From NCBI GenBank assembly GCA_045863335.1, contig BTVY01000034.1:1-64000 (forward strand): 64,000 nucleotides of DNA, written 5' to 3'. Positions 26,190-36,714 of this stretch are shown piece after piece. The DNA is from Candidatus Hydrogenedentota bacterium. GTDB taxonomy: Bacteria > Hydrogenedentota > Hydrogenedentia > Hydrogenedentales > SLHB01. Position 1 is the stretch's first letter. Every line of letters begins with the position of its first letter. The position numbers were made by a program, and so were the translations under genes. A model generated the notes under the pieces. The model made no database searches and was not told the DNA's origin. It was given only the letters and a program-made list of their open reading frames with translations.

Positions 26190-27263
26190 GTGACGAATCG
26201 AATCGAATCATTGCGCGCCCGGATCGACGCCGCCGGCTGCGATGCCTTTCTCAGCTTTGCCCCGCCCACGAACCAGTATCTGGCGGGATTCACGGGCACG
26301 ACCTCGGTAATCATCGTGACCCAGAACGAGGCTCAGTTCCTCTGCGATTTCCGCTATACCGAGCAGGCCGCCTTCGAAGTCAGCGGTCTCGCCGTGGAAG
26401 AGATGAAAGGCAATCTCCAGACCCGGGCCGCGGAGCGCCTGGCGTCCTTGGGGCTTGAGAATGTCGCTATCGAGCCAGGCTACATGACGGTCAGCGTCTT
26501 TGACGCGGTGCGCTCGGCGTATTCCGGCACGCTGAAACCGGTGTCCGACATCGTTTCCGCCCTCCGCGTGCGCAAGGATGCTGAGGAAATCGCCAAGATC
26601 CGCGCCGCCGGTGAACTGGCAGAAGGCGTTCTCAACGACTTGGTCGAGACCCTGGAGCCCGGCATCACCGAACGCGAACTGGCGGCCCGCTTCGAATACG
26701 AGTTCAAAGCGCGGGGTGCGCGGGGCGCATCGTTTGAGACGATCGCGCTGTTTGGCGCGCGCAGTTCCCTGCCGCACGGTCAACCCGGCGATCGCGAACT
26801 CGCGGAAGGCGATACGGTCCTTCTGGACTTCGGCTGCCGGCTCGATGGCTACTGCTCTGACTTGACTCGCACTTACGCGTTCGGTAGGATCCCCGCCGCT
26901 TGGTTCGAGGAGGTCTACGAGTTAACCCTTACCGCCCAGCGCATGGCGCTGGAGGCGATACGCCCGGGCATGGTGTGTAAGGAGTTGGACGCGGTGGCGC
27001 GGTCCATCATCGCCGAAGCCGGGCACGGCGACCATTTCGGTCACGGGCTTGGCCACGGGGTTGGCATCGAGATTCACGAAGCGCCTCGTCTCAATCCCGA
27101 ATCCCAAACCATTCTCGAACCCGGCATGATTGTGACCATTGAACCCGGCATCTACTTGCCGGATTGCGGCGGGGTTCGCATCGAGGACTTGGTGGTTGTC
27201 ACCGGGGACGGATGCGAGAATCTCAGCGTGACACCCAAAGAATTAAGGATTCTCGGAGCATGA
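26190..27263 (+). CDS. Xaa-Pro aminopeptidase/dipeptidase (M24B)
   Basis: DFG...YCSDLTRT, HGLGHGVGIEIHEAP, TIEPGIY, GVRIED. Confidence 0.95.
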   Translation: MTNRIESLRARIDAAGCDAFLSFAPPTNQYLAGFTGTTSVIIVTQNEAQFLCDFRYTEQAAFEVSGLAVEEMKGNLQTRAAERLASLGLENVAIEPGYMTVSVFDAVRSAYSGTLKPVSDIVSALRVRKDAEEIAKIRAAGELAEGVLNDLVETLEPGITERELAARFEYEFKARGARGASFETIALFGARSSLPHGQPGDRELAEGDTVLLDFGCRLDGYCSDLTRTYAFGRIPAAWFEEVYELTLTAQRMALEAIRPGMVCKELDAVARSIIAEAGHGDHFGHGLGHGVGIEIHEAPRLNPESQTILEPGMIVTIEPGIYLPDCGGVRIEDLVVVTGDGCENLSVTPKELRILGA

Positions 27264-27817
27264 TTTCTACGGCGGATTTTCGTAACGGGCTAGTGGTCCT
27301 GCTAGACAAAGAACTCATGGAAATCGTTGAATTTCAGCATGTTAAACCTGGTAAAGGCGGCGCGTTCGTGCGCACCAAGTTCAAGAACGTGCTCAGCGGC
27401 CGCGTCTTGGAGAAGACCTTCCGCTCCGGCGAGAAGATGGAAGATGTCCGGTTAGAGGAGCGTCCCTGGCAGTACCTCTATCACGACGGCGATCTCTATC
27501 ATTTCATGGACCCCGATTCCTTCGAGCAGATCGCCGTCGGCGAGAATGTCGTGGGGGATAACAAGTACTGGCTCAAAGAGAATAACAACGCCAATCTCGT
27601 CTTTTTCGACGGGAAGGTAATCAAGCTGCATCTCCCAATCACAGTCACGCTGCTTATCACGCAGTGCGACCCGGGGGTGCAGGGCGACCGCGCCACGGGC
27701 GGCACGAAACCGGCCACCCTCGAAACGGGCGCGACCGTCCAAGTGCCGCTGTTTGTAAACGAGGGCGAGACAATCAAGGTCGACACCCGCACGGGCGAAT
27801 ACATCGAACGGGCGTAA
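27260..27817 (+). CDS. efp: Elongation factor P
   Basis: HVKPGKGGAFVR, KPATLETG, VPLFV..GE.IKVDTR. Confidence 0.98.
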   Translation: MISTADFRNGLVVLLDKELMEIVEFQHVKPGKGGAFVRTKFKNVLSGRVLEKTFRSGEKMEDVRLEERPWQYLYHDGDLYHFMDPDSFEQIAVGENVVGDNKYWLKENNNANLVFFDGKVIKLHLPITVTLLITQCDPGVQGDRATGGTKPATLETGATVQVPLFVNEGETIKVDTRTGEYIERA

Positions 27818-27882
27818 CGCCGGCCAGCCGCGCGTCCTTTACGCGCGGTCAACCGATCCGCGAATCGACGGAGGGTAGGTCA

Positions 27883-28371
27883 TTGGACCTGGAAAAACTT
27901 CGGGAACTCATCGGGATCTTTCAGTCCTCTGAGCTTGCCGAGATCGAAATAGAAGAAGAAGGCCGGCGTATCCGGCTCTGCAAACCCCAAGCGGCGGCCG
28001 TGCACCATCAGCCTGTGCTGGCGCACGTGCCGGCCCCCGCGCACATCGCCGTGGATGCCCAGCAGTCATCGGCCCCACCCATGCAGGGGAGCGTGCCGGT
28101 GTCCCAGGCCGAAGAAATCGAGGAAGGGCTGGTCACCATCGATTCGCCCATGGTCGGCGTCTTCTACGCCGCGCCCGCGCCGGGCGAACCGCCCTTCGTG
28201 ACGCCGGGCGATGAAGTGGAAGCCGGGCAGACGGTCTGTATCGTCGAAGCCATGAAGCTGATGAACGAAGTGGCCGCAAAGGTCCACGGAACGATCGTGA
28301 GCGTGTTGGTCGATAACGGCGAGCCGGTCGAATACAATCAGCCCCTCTTCGCCGTGCGGCCGGCCGAGTAG
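27883..28371 (+). CDS. accB: Acetyl-CoA carboxylase biotin carboxyl carrier protein
   Basis: SPMVGVFY, EAMKLMNE biotinylation motif; TTG start after GGAGGG. Confidence 0.95.
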   Translation: MDLEKLRELIGIFQSSELAEIEIEEEGRRIRLCKPQAAAVHHQPVLAHVPAPAHIAVDAQQSSAPPMQGSVPVSQAEEIEEGLVTIDSPMVGVFYAAPAPGEPPFVTPGDEVEAGQTVCIVEAMKLMNEVAAKVHGTIVSVLVDNGEPVEYNQPLFAVRPAE

Positions 28372-28380
28372 GCGCCGCCC

Positions 28381-29724
<1,344 letters not shown>

Positions 29725-29849
29725 TAGAGGCGTGTCTGCGGGCGCTCCGGTATTGATATTCCCTCTTCCGGGGCGAAAGGGACGGCCCGCGCAAACCCGC
29801 CGCAACCGGTTGGGGGTCGGCTAAGGTCCCGGGAAAAGGAAATCCACTC

Positions 29850-30758
29850 ATGCGAATCCTCCAGACAATCATCCAGAAGCTTGCCTGCGTAGCCGTCCTC
29901 GCCGGAGGCGCCGCCCTGGCCATCTTTTCCGTAAGCGGGCTGTACCAGACGGTCGTCGTGCAGCTTCCCGGACCGAATCCGATGCTGCGAATCGCCATCG
30001 GCGTTGCTGCCGCGGTGCTCGCGGTATTCGCGTTGCTTCCCCTGGGCGGCGGACGGCGCCGATCGCGTGAATTGCGCTTCAATGCCGGGAACGGCCCCGT
30101 AACGATTCAGCTCGATCCCCTTGCCAGCTCGCTCAACAAGACCTTTAACAAGGTGCCCGTTGTGAAGAAAGGAACCGTCCGTCTCACACCGACCAAGGCC
30201 GCAGACAAGGCAAATGTGCACGCCGATGTCCACCTGCTGAATCCGGCGGACGCGAGCGTGCGCGAAACGTCGATCCAATTGAAAACCTACCTCGACGAAC
30301 TGGCCCGCAGCGTCATCGGCGCGGAAGAGGTGGGCGAAGTCGCGGTAAACATCGTCAACACGGAAACGGCGGAACAGCCTGCATCCACGCTGAAATCTTC
30401 CGCGCCCATCGCGGAAGTCGCCACCCCCGTCGCCCGGACCATCCCGGAGCCCGAACCTATCGTAGAAGAACCCATGGTGGTCGAGGATGAGGCGCCGGTT
30501 TCGGAAGACCTCGTCACCTACGAAGAATCCGTGCAGGCCGCCGAGGAAGAGGAACGCTCGCTCACCGGCGAAGCCGAAGATGAGCCGGAACTCCCCGTCG
30601 CCTGGGAGACAGAAGAACCTGATACCGAGGATACGGCTATCGTGCTCGAGGAAGGTGAAGAGTCATCTGACGAAGACACCTCGTTCGACGCCCTCGCCAT
30701 CGAGGAGTCAACGAAGGACGAAGAGGACGACGAGAACCGTCCGGCTTCCGGCGTGTAA
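29850..30758 (+). CDS. Membrane protein: two N-terminal TM helices, AmaP/Asp23-like domain, long acidic tail
   Basis: Two hydrophobic segments, alpha/beta domain ending VGEVAVNIV, Glu/Asp-rich C-terminus; follows accBC as Asp23-type genes do in Firmicutes. Confidence 0.55.
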   Translation: MRILQTIIQKLACVAVLAGGAALAIFSVSGLYQTVVVQLPGPNPMLRIAIGVAAAVLAVFALLPLGGGRRRSRELRFNAGNGPVTIQLDPLASSLNKTFNKVPVVKKGTVRLTPTKAADKANVHADVHLLNPADASVRETSIQLKTYLDELARSVIGAEEVGEVAVNIVNTETAEQPASTLKSSAPIAEVATPVARTIPEPEPIVEEPMVVEDEAPVSEDLVTYEESVQAAEEEERSLTGEAEDEPELPVAWETEEPDTEDTAIVLEEGEESSDEDTSFDALAIEESTKDEEDDENRPASGV

Positions 30759-30766
30759 CAGGTACC

Positions 30767-30832
30767 GATCTAAATTCAAATCACTATCGGGATCGAAGTG
30801 TGTTTCCGATTCCGATTTCGATAGCGATTCGG
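30767..30832. repeat. Degenerate hexamer inverted repeat (CGATnn family)
   Basis: CTATCGGGATCGA...CCGATTCCGATTTCGATAGCGATTCG; same family as 49333-49420. Confidence 0.65.
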
Positions 30833-30854
30833 ACCATGGCAGGTTGGAGTACCG

Positions 30855-31136
30855 TCATCCCGCGAGTTCGCTCACTTCGATTGCCTGAACCTCGGGATAA
30901 TCGTCCACGGCAAGTTCCATCGCCCAGGGCAAATTGTCCACCCGGCTCTTGTCCACCTGTTCCCGCGCCCAGTCCTGCGGACAATACCGGACCTCACCCG
31001 CCATCCCCACCATCGCAAAGAGGTGCGAGGCCAACACCGCCAACCGGTAGTAGGTGCCGGATCGGAATTCCCCGCTCCCCACGAGGTTGTACTTCTTTTC
31101 ATTTACGTAGCGTGCGCCTTCAGGCAATGGCCACAT
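30855..31136 (-). CDS. Small hypothetical protein (93 aa)
   Basis: ATG with GGAGGAG 4 nt upstream; protein-like composition; no overlap with other genes. Confidence 0.65.
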   Translation of the reverse strand: MWPLPEGARYVNEKKYNLVGSGEFRSGTYYRLAVLASHLFAMVGMAGEVRYCPQDWAREQVDKSRVDNLPWAMELAVDDYPEVQAIEVSELAG

Positions 31137-31568
31137 ACCGCTCCTCCGTTCGCACGGGCAACGAAGCCCGTCCCCAATCCCGTCGGCTCCCTGACCGGCA
31201 AATCCCAGCTCAAACTACAAGCGCGACGCCGCTCGAACCCGACACACTTCCCAATCACGGCGTCCACTCAGCCCATTAGCGGACGCCAACCTCAGGCACA
31301 GGACCTGTCGGTACCCCAATGGAAAGCAATCCTCATACCACGGTTGCCTCGCGCCTAACGTATTGCTACCGCGCGACGCAGGATTGGCACAAGCCGCAAG
31401 GCCGCCACATTTGCCGACAAAAATCCGTCGTATCGTCACAAATGCTCATAGGCGCCGCGCTGCCCTGCGGCTTGAACGTCCTTGCCCAAGTCAACGGCCG
31501 AGAAGCCCTCTGACCAAATCCCCGATACCTCAGGCCGGAAAGAGATGCCACCGATGGACAACCTTTAT

Positions 31569-31625
31569 GATTTTGATCATTCGAGTTTGTTTCGGATTTC
31601 GTGCTTCGAATTTCGAGTTTGGGCT
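31569..31625. repeat. Heptamer-based repeat (TTCGnAT/GATTTCG), copy 1
   Basis: About 56 bp nearly identical to 62896-62953. Confidence 0.9.
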
Positions 31626-31775
31626 GCTTGGCACCACCATAAGGGCCCTGGACCGGCGACACGCAGGCCCCCGGGCGGTGCTTGAAAAATATGCATGACT
31701 TGTGCAATAGTGCGCCCACGCACTAGGCGTAGTTGAATGCGGTGTCAGCAGACGCCGCCCCTTGGAGGACCCGTG

Positions 31776-31826
31776 ATGCCACATTCGCTTTCCCACCATC
31801 GATGGCGTCACTATACCCATTCCTGA
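31776..31826 (+). CDS. Putative His/Trp leader peptide MPHSLSHHRWRHYTHS
   Basis: GGAGG (31764-31768), 7 nt, ATG; 5 His + 1 Trp in 16 codons; ends about 120 nt upstream of hisI-trpE-trpG. Confidence 0.65.
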   Translation: MPHSLSHHRWRHYTHS

Positions 31827-31945
31827 ATCCAATCCCGTTTTGTCCCGTTTGTTGATTCCGTCGCCTCGCGACACCGGTCCGTTTTCCGTGGCCCAAATGC
31901 GCGGAGAATTCACCGATAGATCCATTGCCCATGGAGAGGAGTGTC

Positions 31946-32329
31946 ATGGAAGCTGAGAACCCGAAAACCCTGAACGACCTGATCAAGCTCGACGACAAAG
32001 GCCTTATCGTGGCCGTCGTGCAACATCATAAGACGGGGCAGATTCTTATGGTCGGCTATATGAATACCGAATCCTTGGAGGTCACCTTGCGCGAACGGCG
32101 CGCCTGTTTCTGGTCCCGTTCGCGCCAAAAACTGTGGCGCAAGGGCGAGACTTCCGGCAATGTGCTGAACGTCCTCGAAATCCGGACGGACTGCGATGCC
32201 GATGCCCTGCTCCTGAAATGCGACCCCGTGGGCCCGACCTGCCACACCAACGAGACGAGCTGCTTCTACCGCAAGGTGGACTTCGACGGCAGCGTGACGC
32301 TCGATGGTGACGGCGTAGCCAAGGACTGA
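31946..32329 (+). CDS. hisI: Phosphoribosyl-AMP cyclohydrolase
   Basis: WSRSRQKLWRKGETSGN, DCDADALL, CHTNETSCF. Confidence 0.97.
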   Translation: MEAENPKTLNDLIKLDDKGLIVAVVQHHKTGQILMVGYMNTESLEVTLRERRACFWSRSRQKLWRKGETSGNVLNVLEIRTDCDADALLLKCDPVGPTCHTNETSCFYRKVDFDGSVTLDGDGVAKD

Positions 32330-32371
32330 TCGGACCGATCGGTCCGATTGATAGACAAAGGAAAACGACCC

Positions 32372-33853
32372 ATGATTCATCCCACGCTGGAAGAGTTCAA
32401 ACGCATCGCCAAACCGGGTTCCCTGGTGCCCGTCTACCGCGACGTCGTGGCGGACCTGGAGACCCCGGTCACCGCCTATATGAAGATCTCCAAAGACCAA
32501 CCCTACTCGTTCTTGCTGGAAAGCGTGGAGCGCGCCGACTCTATCGGACGCTACTCCTTTCTCGGAGCGAACCCGTCTATCGTGTTTCGTTCGAAGGGGA
32601 CGTCGGTCACGGTTATCCGCGACGGCGTGGAAACGACGAGCGAATCGGAACGGCCACTGGACGAACTCCGCGCGCTCATGTCCCAATATACGCCGGTCGG
32701 TGTCGAGGGCGTCCCCAAATTCCACGGCGGCGCGGTGGGCTACATGTCCTACGACCAGGTCCGCTTCTTTGAAAAACTGCCGGACAACAACCCCGACACG
32801 TTGAATCTGCCCGACCTCTATTTCATGATCACGGATACGATCCTCATCTTCGATCACGTCAACAACCGGCTGAAGATCGTGTCCAACGCCCACGTGCAAG
32901 ACGATCCCGTGGCCGCGTACAACGAAGCAGTCCGCAAGATTCACGAACTCAACCACACGCTGAAACAACCCCTCGTCGTCACCACGGAACGCATCCACTC
33001 CGGCGAACCCAATACCGAGATTCGGTCCAGCTTCACGAAGGACGCTTTCTGCGACGCCGTGAAGAAGGCCAAGGAATACATCTGCGCCGGCGACATCTTC
33101 CAGGTGGTCCTGTCGCAACGCTTCGAGCGGGAAGTCTACGCCAGCCCGATCAATCTGTACCGGTCCCTGCGTTGCATCAACCCTTCCCCCTACATGACAC
33201 TCGTCCGCTACCCCGACTTCACGCTCGTCGGGTCCAGCCCGGAAGTGATGACGCAAGTCACCGGGCGCCGCTGCATGGTGCGCCCCATCGCGGGCACCCG
33301 CCCCCGCGGCGAAACCGTGGAGGAAGACGTCGCGCTGGAAAAGGATCTCCTCGCGGACGAAAAGGAAGTCGCCGAACACGTCATGCTGGTTGACCTCGGC
33401 CGCAACGACGTCGGCCGCGTCAGCGTGCCCGGCACGGTACACCCCAGCCGCATGATGACCATCGAGCGCTACTCCCACGTCATGCACATCGTCAGCGAAG
33501 TGGAAGGCCAACTGAAGCCCGACGCCGACGCCTACGAAGCCCTGCGCGCCACCTTCCCCATGGGCACCGTCAGCGGCGCGCCGAAGATTCGCGCCATGGA
33601 AATCATCGACGAGTTGGAACCCCTCCGTCGCGGCCCCTACTCCGGCGGCTGCGGCTACATCAGCTTCAACGGCGACATGGACACCTGCATCATCATCCGC
33701 ACCATGATCGTCAAGGACCACATCGCCTATGTACAGGCGGGAGCGGGCATCGTCTACGATAGCGTGCCCGAACGGGAGTTCGAAGAAACCGTCAACAAAG
33801 CCAAGGCCCTGTTCCGGGCCGTTGAATTCGCCGAGAAAGGGCTGGAATCATGA
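32372..33853 (+). CDS. trpE: Anthranilate synthase component I
   Basis: LLES Trp-feedback motif, NPSPYM, PIAGTRPRG, GTVSGAPKIRAM. Confidence 0.95.
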   Translation: MIHPTLEEFKRIAKPGSLVPVYRDVVADLETPVTAYMKISKDQPYSFLLESVERADSIGRYSFLGANPSIVFRSKGTSVTVIRDGVETTSESERPLDELRALMSQYTPVGVEGVPKFHGGAVGYMSYDQVRFFEKLPDNNPDTLNLPDLYFMITDTILIFDHVNNRLKIVSNAHVQDDPVAAYNEAVRKIHELNHTLKQPLVVTTERIHSGEPNTEIRSSFTKDAFCDAVKKAKEYICAGDIFQVVLSQRFEREVYASPINLYRSLRCINPSPYMTLVRYPDFTLVGSSPEVMTQVTGRRCMVRPIAGTRPRGETVEEDVALEKDLLADEKEVAEHVMLVDLGRNDVGRVSVPGTVHPSRMMTIERYSHVMHIVSEVEGQLKPDADAYEALRATFPMGTVSGAPKIRAMEIIDELEPLRRGPYSGGCGYISFNGDMDTCIIIRTMIVKDHIAYVQAGAGIVYDSVPEREFEETVNKAKALFRAVEFAEKGLES

Positions 33854-34419
33854 TCGTGCTCATAGACAACTACGACTCATTCACCTACAACCTCGTCCAA
33901 TACTTCGGCGAAATGGAATCGGATATCCGGGTCTTTCGCAACGACGAGATTACCGTGAATCAGGTTCGAGATTTGAACCCCGATCGCATCATCGTTTCTC
34001 CCGGGCCCTGCACTCCCAATGAAGCCGGGATTTCCGTCGAAACCATCAAACGGCTCGGGCCCGAGTTTCCGCTGTTGGGCGTGTGCCTGGGTCACCAAAG
34101 CATCGGTCAGGCTTTCGGCGGCGACGTGGTCCGGGCGGACCGAATCATGCATGGCAAAATCAGTTCGATAACCCACAACGGCAACGCCCTGTTCCGAGAT
34201 GTTCCGTCGCCGTTCGAGGCCACGCGTTACCATTCCCTGGTCATCAAACCGGAGACCTGCCCCGATTGCCTGGATATCATTGCGGAAACCGACCAGAAAG
34301 AGATTATGGCGGTGGCCCACAAGGACTATCCCATCTGGGGAGTCCAGTTCCACCCGGAGAGCATTCTGACGAAGGACGGAAAGCTGATCGTGCGTAACTT
34401 CATGCAGGCCAAAGCCTAG
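33850..34419 (+). CDS. trpG: Anthranilate synthase component II (glutamine amidotransferase)
   Basis: IDNYDSFTYNL, SPGP, GVCLGHQ, QFHPES. Confidence 0.93.
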   Translation: MIVLIDNYDSFTYNLVQYFGEMESDIRVFRNDEITVNQVRDLNPDRIIVSPGPCTPNEAGISVETIKRLGPEFPLLGVCLGHQSIGQAFGGDVVRADRIMHGKISSITHNGNALFRDVPSPFEATRYHSLVIKPETCPDCLDIIAETDQKEIMAVAHKDYPIWGVQFHPESILTKDGKLIVRNFMQAKA

Positions 34420-34529
34420 ACATCGCAGGTCGTGCCTCCCCTAGGGGGCGGCGTTGTGGATCGACGGACGGGGTATGTACGGTACTTCGATACGAAGCCT
34501 GTAAGCGATTCGAAGTCGGCCACTTAGGT

Positions 34530-34558
34530 TTGACTTCCCCTTGGCCGTGTGCTAGAGT
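34530..34558 (+). promoter_or_regulatory. Sigma70-type promoter
   Basis: TTGACT-17 nt-TAGAGT with TG extended -10. Confidence 0.65.
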
Positions 34559-34607
34559 CGGCTGGTTTTGGAGGGGAGTTTTCAAACCTTAGGAAAGGCT
34601 GCGGTCC

Positions 34608-35183
34608 ATGGCCCCAAATAAGAAGCAACTCAAGACGATCGAAGCCCTAAACCGCAACATCCAGATGTGTCAGGAATTCATGAACGACTGGCTGCTGTTC
34701 AACCAGATTCTGAGCGCGTATCCAAGCCCGGGGGTAAACAAGGCTCAGCTTGAAAATCAGTTCTTGAAAATCAAGAGCAAACTGGCTCGCGAACACCAAG
34801 TTCTCAAGGAAGGCTTGGGGTCCGACTACAAATTCGACTCGAACACCATGAACATCATTTCGGGCGCGACGAATCTCGAAGCCATCTACTCCCAGTCCGA
34901 AGTGGCCATCAAGAAGCTTCAGAATGAATGGCACCGTGCGTTCATTTCCATCAATGAAACCCTCGGCGGTCTTGAAGACAAAAAAGCCCGTGCGGAGGCC
35001 GGTGAGAAAGTGTATGTCGGTTCCATGCAGCCGGATGTCAAGACCGGCGGCGGGGGCATGTCCAAGGGAACCAAGACCTTCCTCATCATTCTCGTCATCG
35101 CGGCGATCGTCGCCGTCGTCATGCTGACGGACAACCCGATCAGTGCGTTGTACCAGGATGCGTTCCAGCAAGTATTCGGCTGA
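34608..35183 (+). CDS. Hypothetical helical protein with C-terminal TM anchor
   Basis: Amphipathic helices, Gly linker, hydrophobic FLIILVIAAIVAVVML near the C-terminus. Confidence 0.8.
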   Translation: MAPNKKQLKTIEALNRNIQMCQEFMNDWLLFNQILSAYPSPGVNKAQLENQFLKIKSKLAREHQVLKEGLGSDYKFDSNTMNIISGATNLEAIYSQSEVAIKKLQNEWHRAFISINETLGGLEDKKARAEAGEKVYVGSMQPDVKTGGGGMSKGTKTFLIILVIAAIVAVVMLTDNPISALYQDAFQQVFG

Positions 35184-35282
35184 TGTTCAGCTCCTTTTTT
35201 TGATGAAATGACGAGTGTCCGGTAGTTCCTTCCTTGGCGGGGCGGCGGCAGCTGGTCAGAAATGCAGGCAGGAGTAAAGGGC

Positions 35283-35642
35283 GTGACGAAACGGGAACTG
35301 GTCGTCGATGTTGCCGAGCGGCTCGGCTATACGCAAAACGAAGTTTCCGATGTGGTTCAGGCCACATTGGACGCTATCATCGAACTGCTTTCGGAAGGCA
35401 GGCGTCTCGAGATCCGCAACTTCGGCGTATTCGAACTCCGCACGCGGGATTCGCGCATCGGCCGCAATCCCCGAACGGGCGAGGAAGTGCCCATCTCCGC
35501 CAAACGTGTCGGTACTTTCAAGCCGGGCAAGGCACTGAAGGAATTGGTGCAGAACCAGACGCCGGGCGCTTCGGTGGGAATTGCACCGGCCGCGGAACCC
35601 GCCACGCAGCCCGGAGCCGAGTCGCAAGGCACCGCGTTCTAA
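35283..35642 (+). CDS. HU/IHF family DNA-binding protein
   Basis: MTKREL, LEIRNFGVF, GRNPRTGE, FKPGKALKE; GTG start. Confidence 0.95.
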   Translation: MTKRELVVDVAERLGYTQNEVSDVVQATLDAIIELLSEGRRLEIRNFGVFELRTRDSRIGRNPRTGEEVPISAKRVGTFKPGKALKELVQNQTPGASVGIAPAAEPATQPGAESQGTAF

Positions 35643-35770
35643 CCAGCGCAACCGCCGCATCACCACGCTGCGGGCTTGGTTGCACCGTCCACAGGAAACA
35701 CAGTACGATCATCGTTCGGCTGGGTGTCAGCCCACTTTCTAAACCTGAATCAACACAGACCGCTTGAATT

Positions 35771-36655
35771 ATGAAAACGAAGGCCGAACGGGACCCCGAA
35801 GCGCGCATGACATTCACCGAGCATCTCGGTGAGTTGCGCACCCGCATCATTCGCATCGGGATTGCGTTCATCATCGGCTTCGCCCTCTGCTACATCTTCT
35901 CGAACCAACTCTTTGAAATCCTCAAACGGCCCCTCGATCAGGAGTCGTTGGACCTCTCCTGGATCACGTTCGGCCGACAGGCCGAGGAACCTCAAGACAC
36001 GGGATCGGAAGCGAACGGGGGCGCGGCTGCCGAAGACGCTGGACCCCAGGAGGGCTCACTGAATGACAGCGTCGAGTGGCTCCAGAAAAACCCCCTCGAG
36101 TGGTTTCTCCTGTCCCTGAAGCTATCTGCCTACGGCGGCCTGATCATCATGCTGCCGTACATTCTCTTCCAGATCTGCGGGTTCATCTTTCCTGGATTGA
36201 AACCGGGAGAGAAGCGAATCGTGCTCATGATGCTGATCGGGTGCGGTGCGCTTTCCATCGTCGGCTTGTTGATCGCCTATTTCGGCGTGTTCCCATTGGT
36301 GCTGCCGTACATTCTCCAATGGACGCCCGAAGGCGTTACCACCATGCTCAGCATCACGGAGACCATGTCCATCGTTCTCTTGGGGCTGCTCGGGTTCGCC
36401 GTGGTATTCCAGTTTCCCATGGTCGTGCTGATCCTGGTTTACATGGATCTCCTGACCCCAGCGGCACTTAAGCAATACCGGAAACAGGCCATCGTCGGTC
36501 TGGCCGTGCTTTCGGCGGTGTTGACGCCGCCGGATCCGATCAGCATGACCTTCATGATGCTGCCACTCGTGTTATTGTATGAAGCGAGCATCTGGACGTC
36601 CTACATCGTGGTGCGACGCAAGAAGAAAGCGGCGGAGGCAGACACCGGCGCATAA
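35771..36655 (+). CDS. tatC: Twin-arginine translocase TatC
   Basis: EHLGELRTR, FIFPGL, FQFP, LTPPDPIS, LYE. Confidence 0.96.
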   Translation: MKTKAERDPEARMTFTEHLGELRTRIIRIGIAFIIGFALCYIFSNQLFEILKRPLDQESLDLSWITFGRQAEEPQDTGSEANGGAAAEDAGPQEGSLNDSVEWLQKNPLEWFLLSLKLSAYGGLIIMLPYILFQICGFIFPGLKPGEKRIVLMMLIGCGALSIVGLLIAYFGVFPLVLPYILQWTPEGVTTMLSITETMSIVLLGLLGFAVVFQFPMVVLILVYMDLLTPAALKQYRKQAIVGLAVLSAVLTPPDPISMTFMMLPLVLLYEASIWTSYIVVRRKKKAAEADTGA

Positions 36656-36714
36656 CCGCCTCCCCACAACCAAACCGGCTGCCGGGTCGCCCGGCGCCCA
36701 CCTGGATTACGACA

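Noticed and set aside
29725-29849. Possible c-di-GMP-I riboswitch (GCGAAAG, GCAAAC, GGCTAA words)
   Set aside because: Motif order and pairing do not match the GEMM consensus by eye; a cmsearch would settle it
31700-31945. T-box or intrinsic-terminator attenuator before hisI-trpE
   Set aside because: No GGTGGnACCGCG T-box motif and no GC hairpin followed by a U-run
31946-34419. hisI-trpE adjacency as novel in itself
   Set aside because: This gene order is known (e.g. in Actinobacteria); only the leader is flagged
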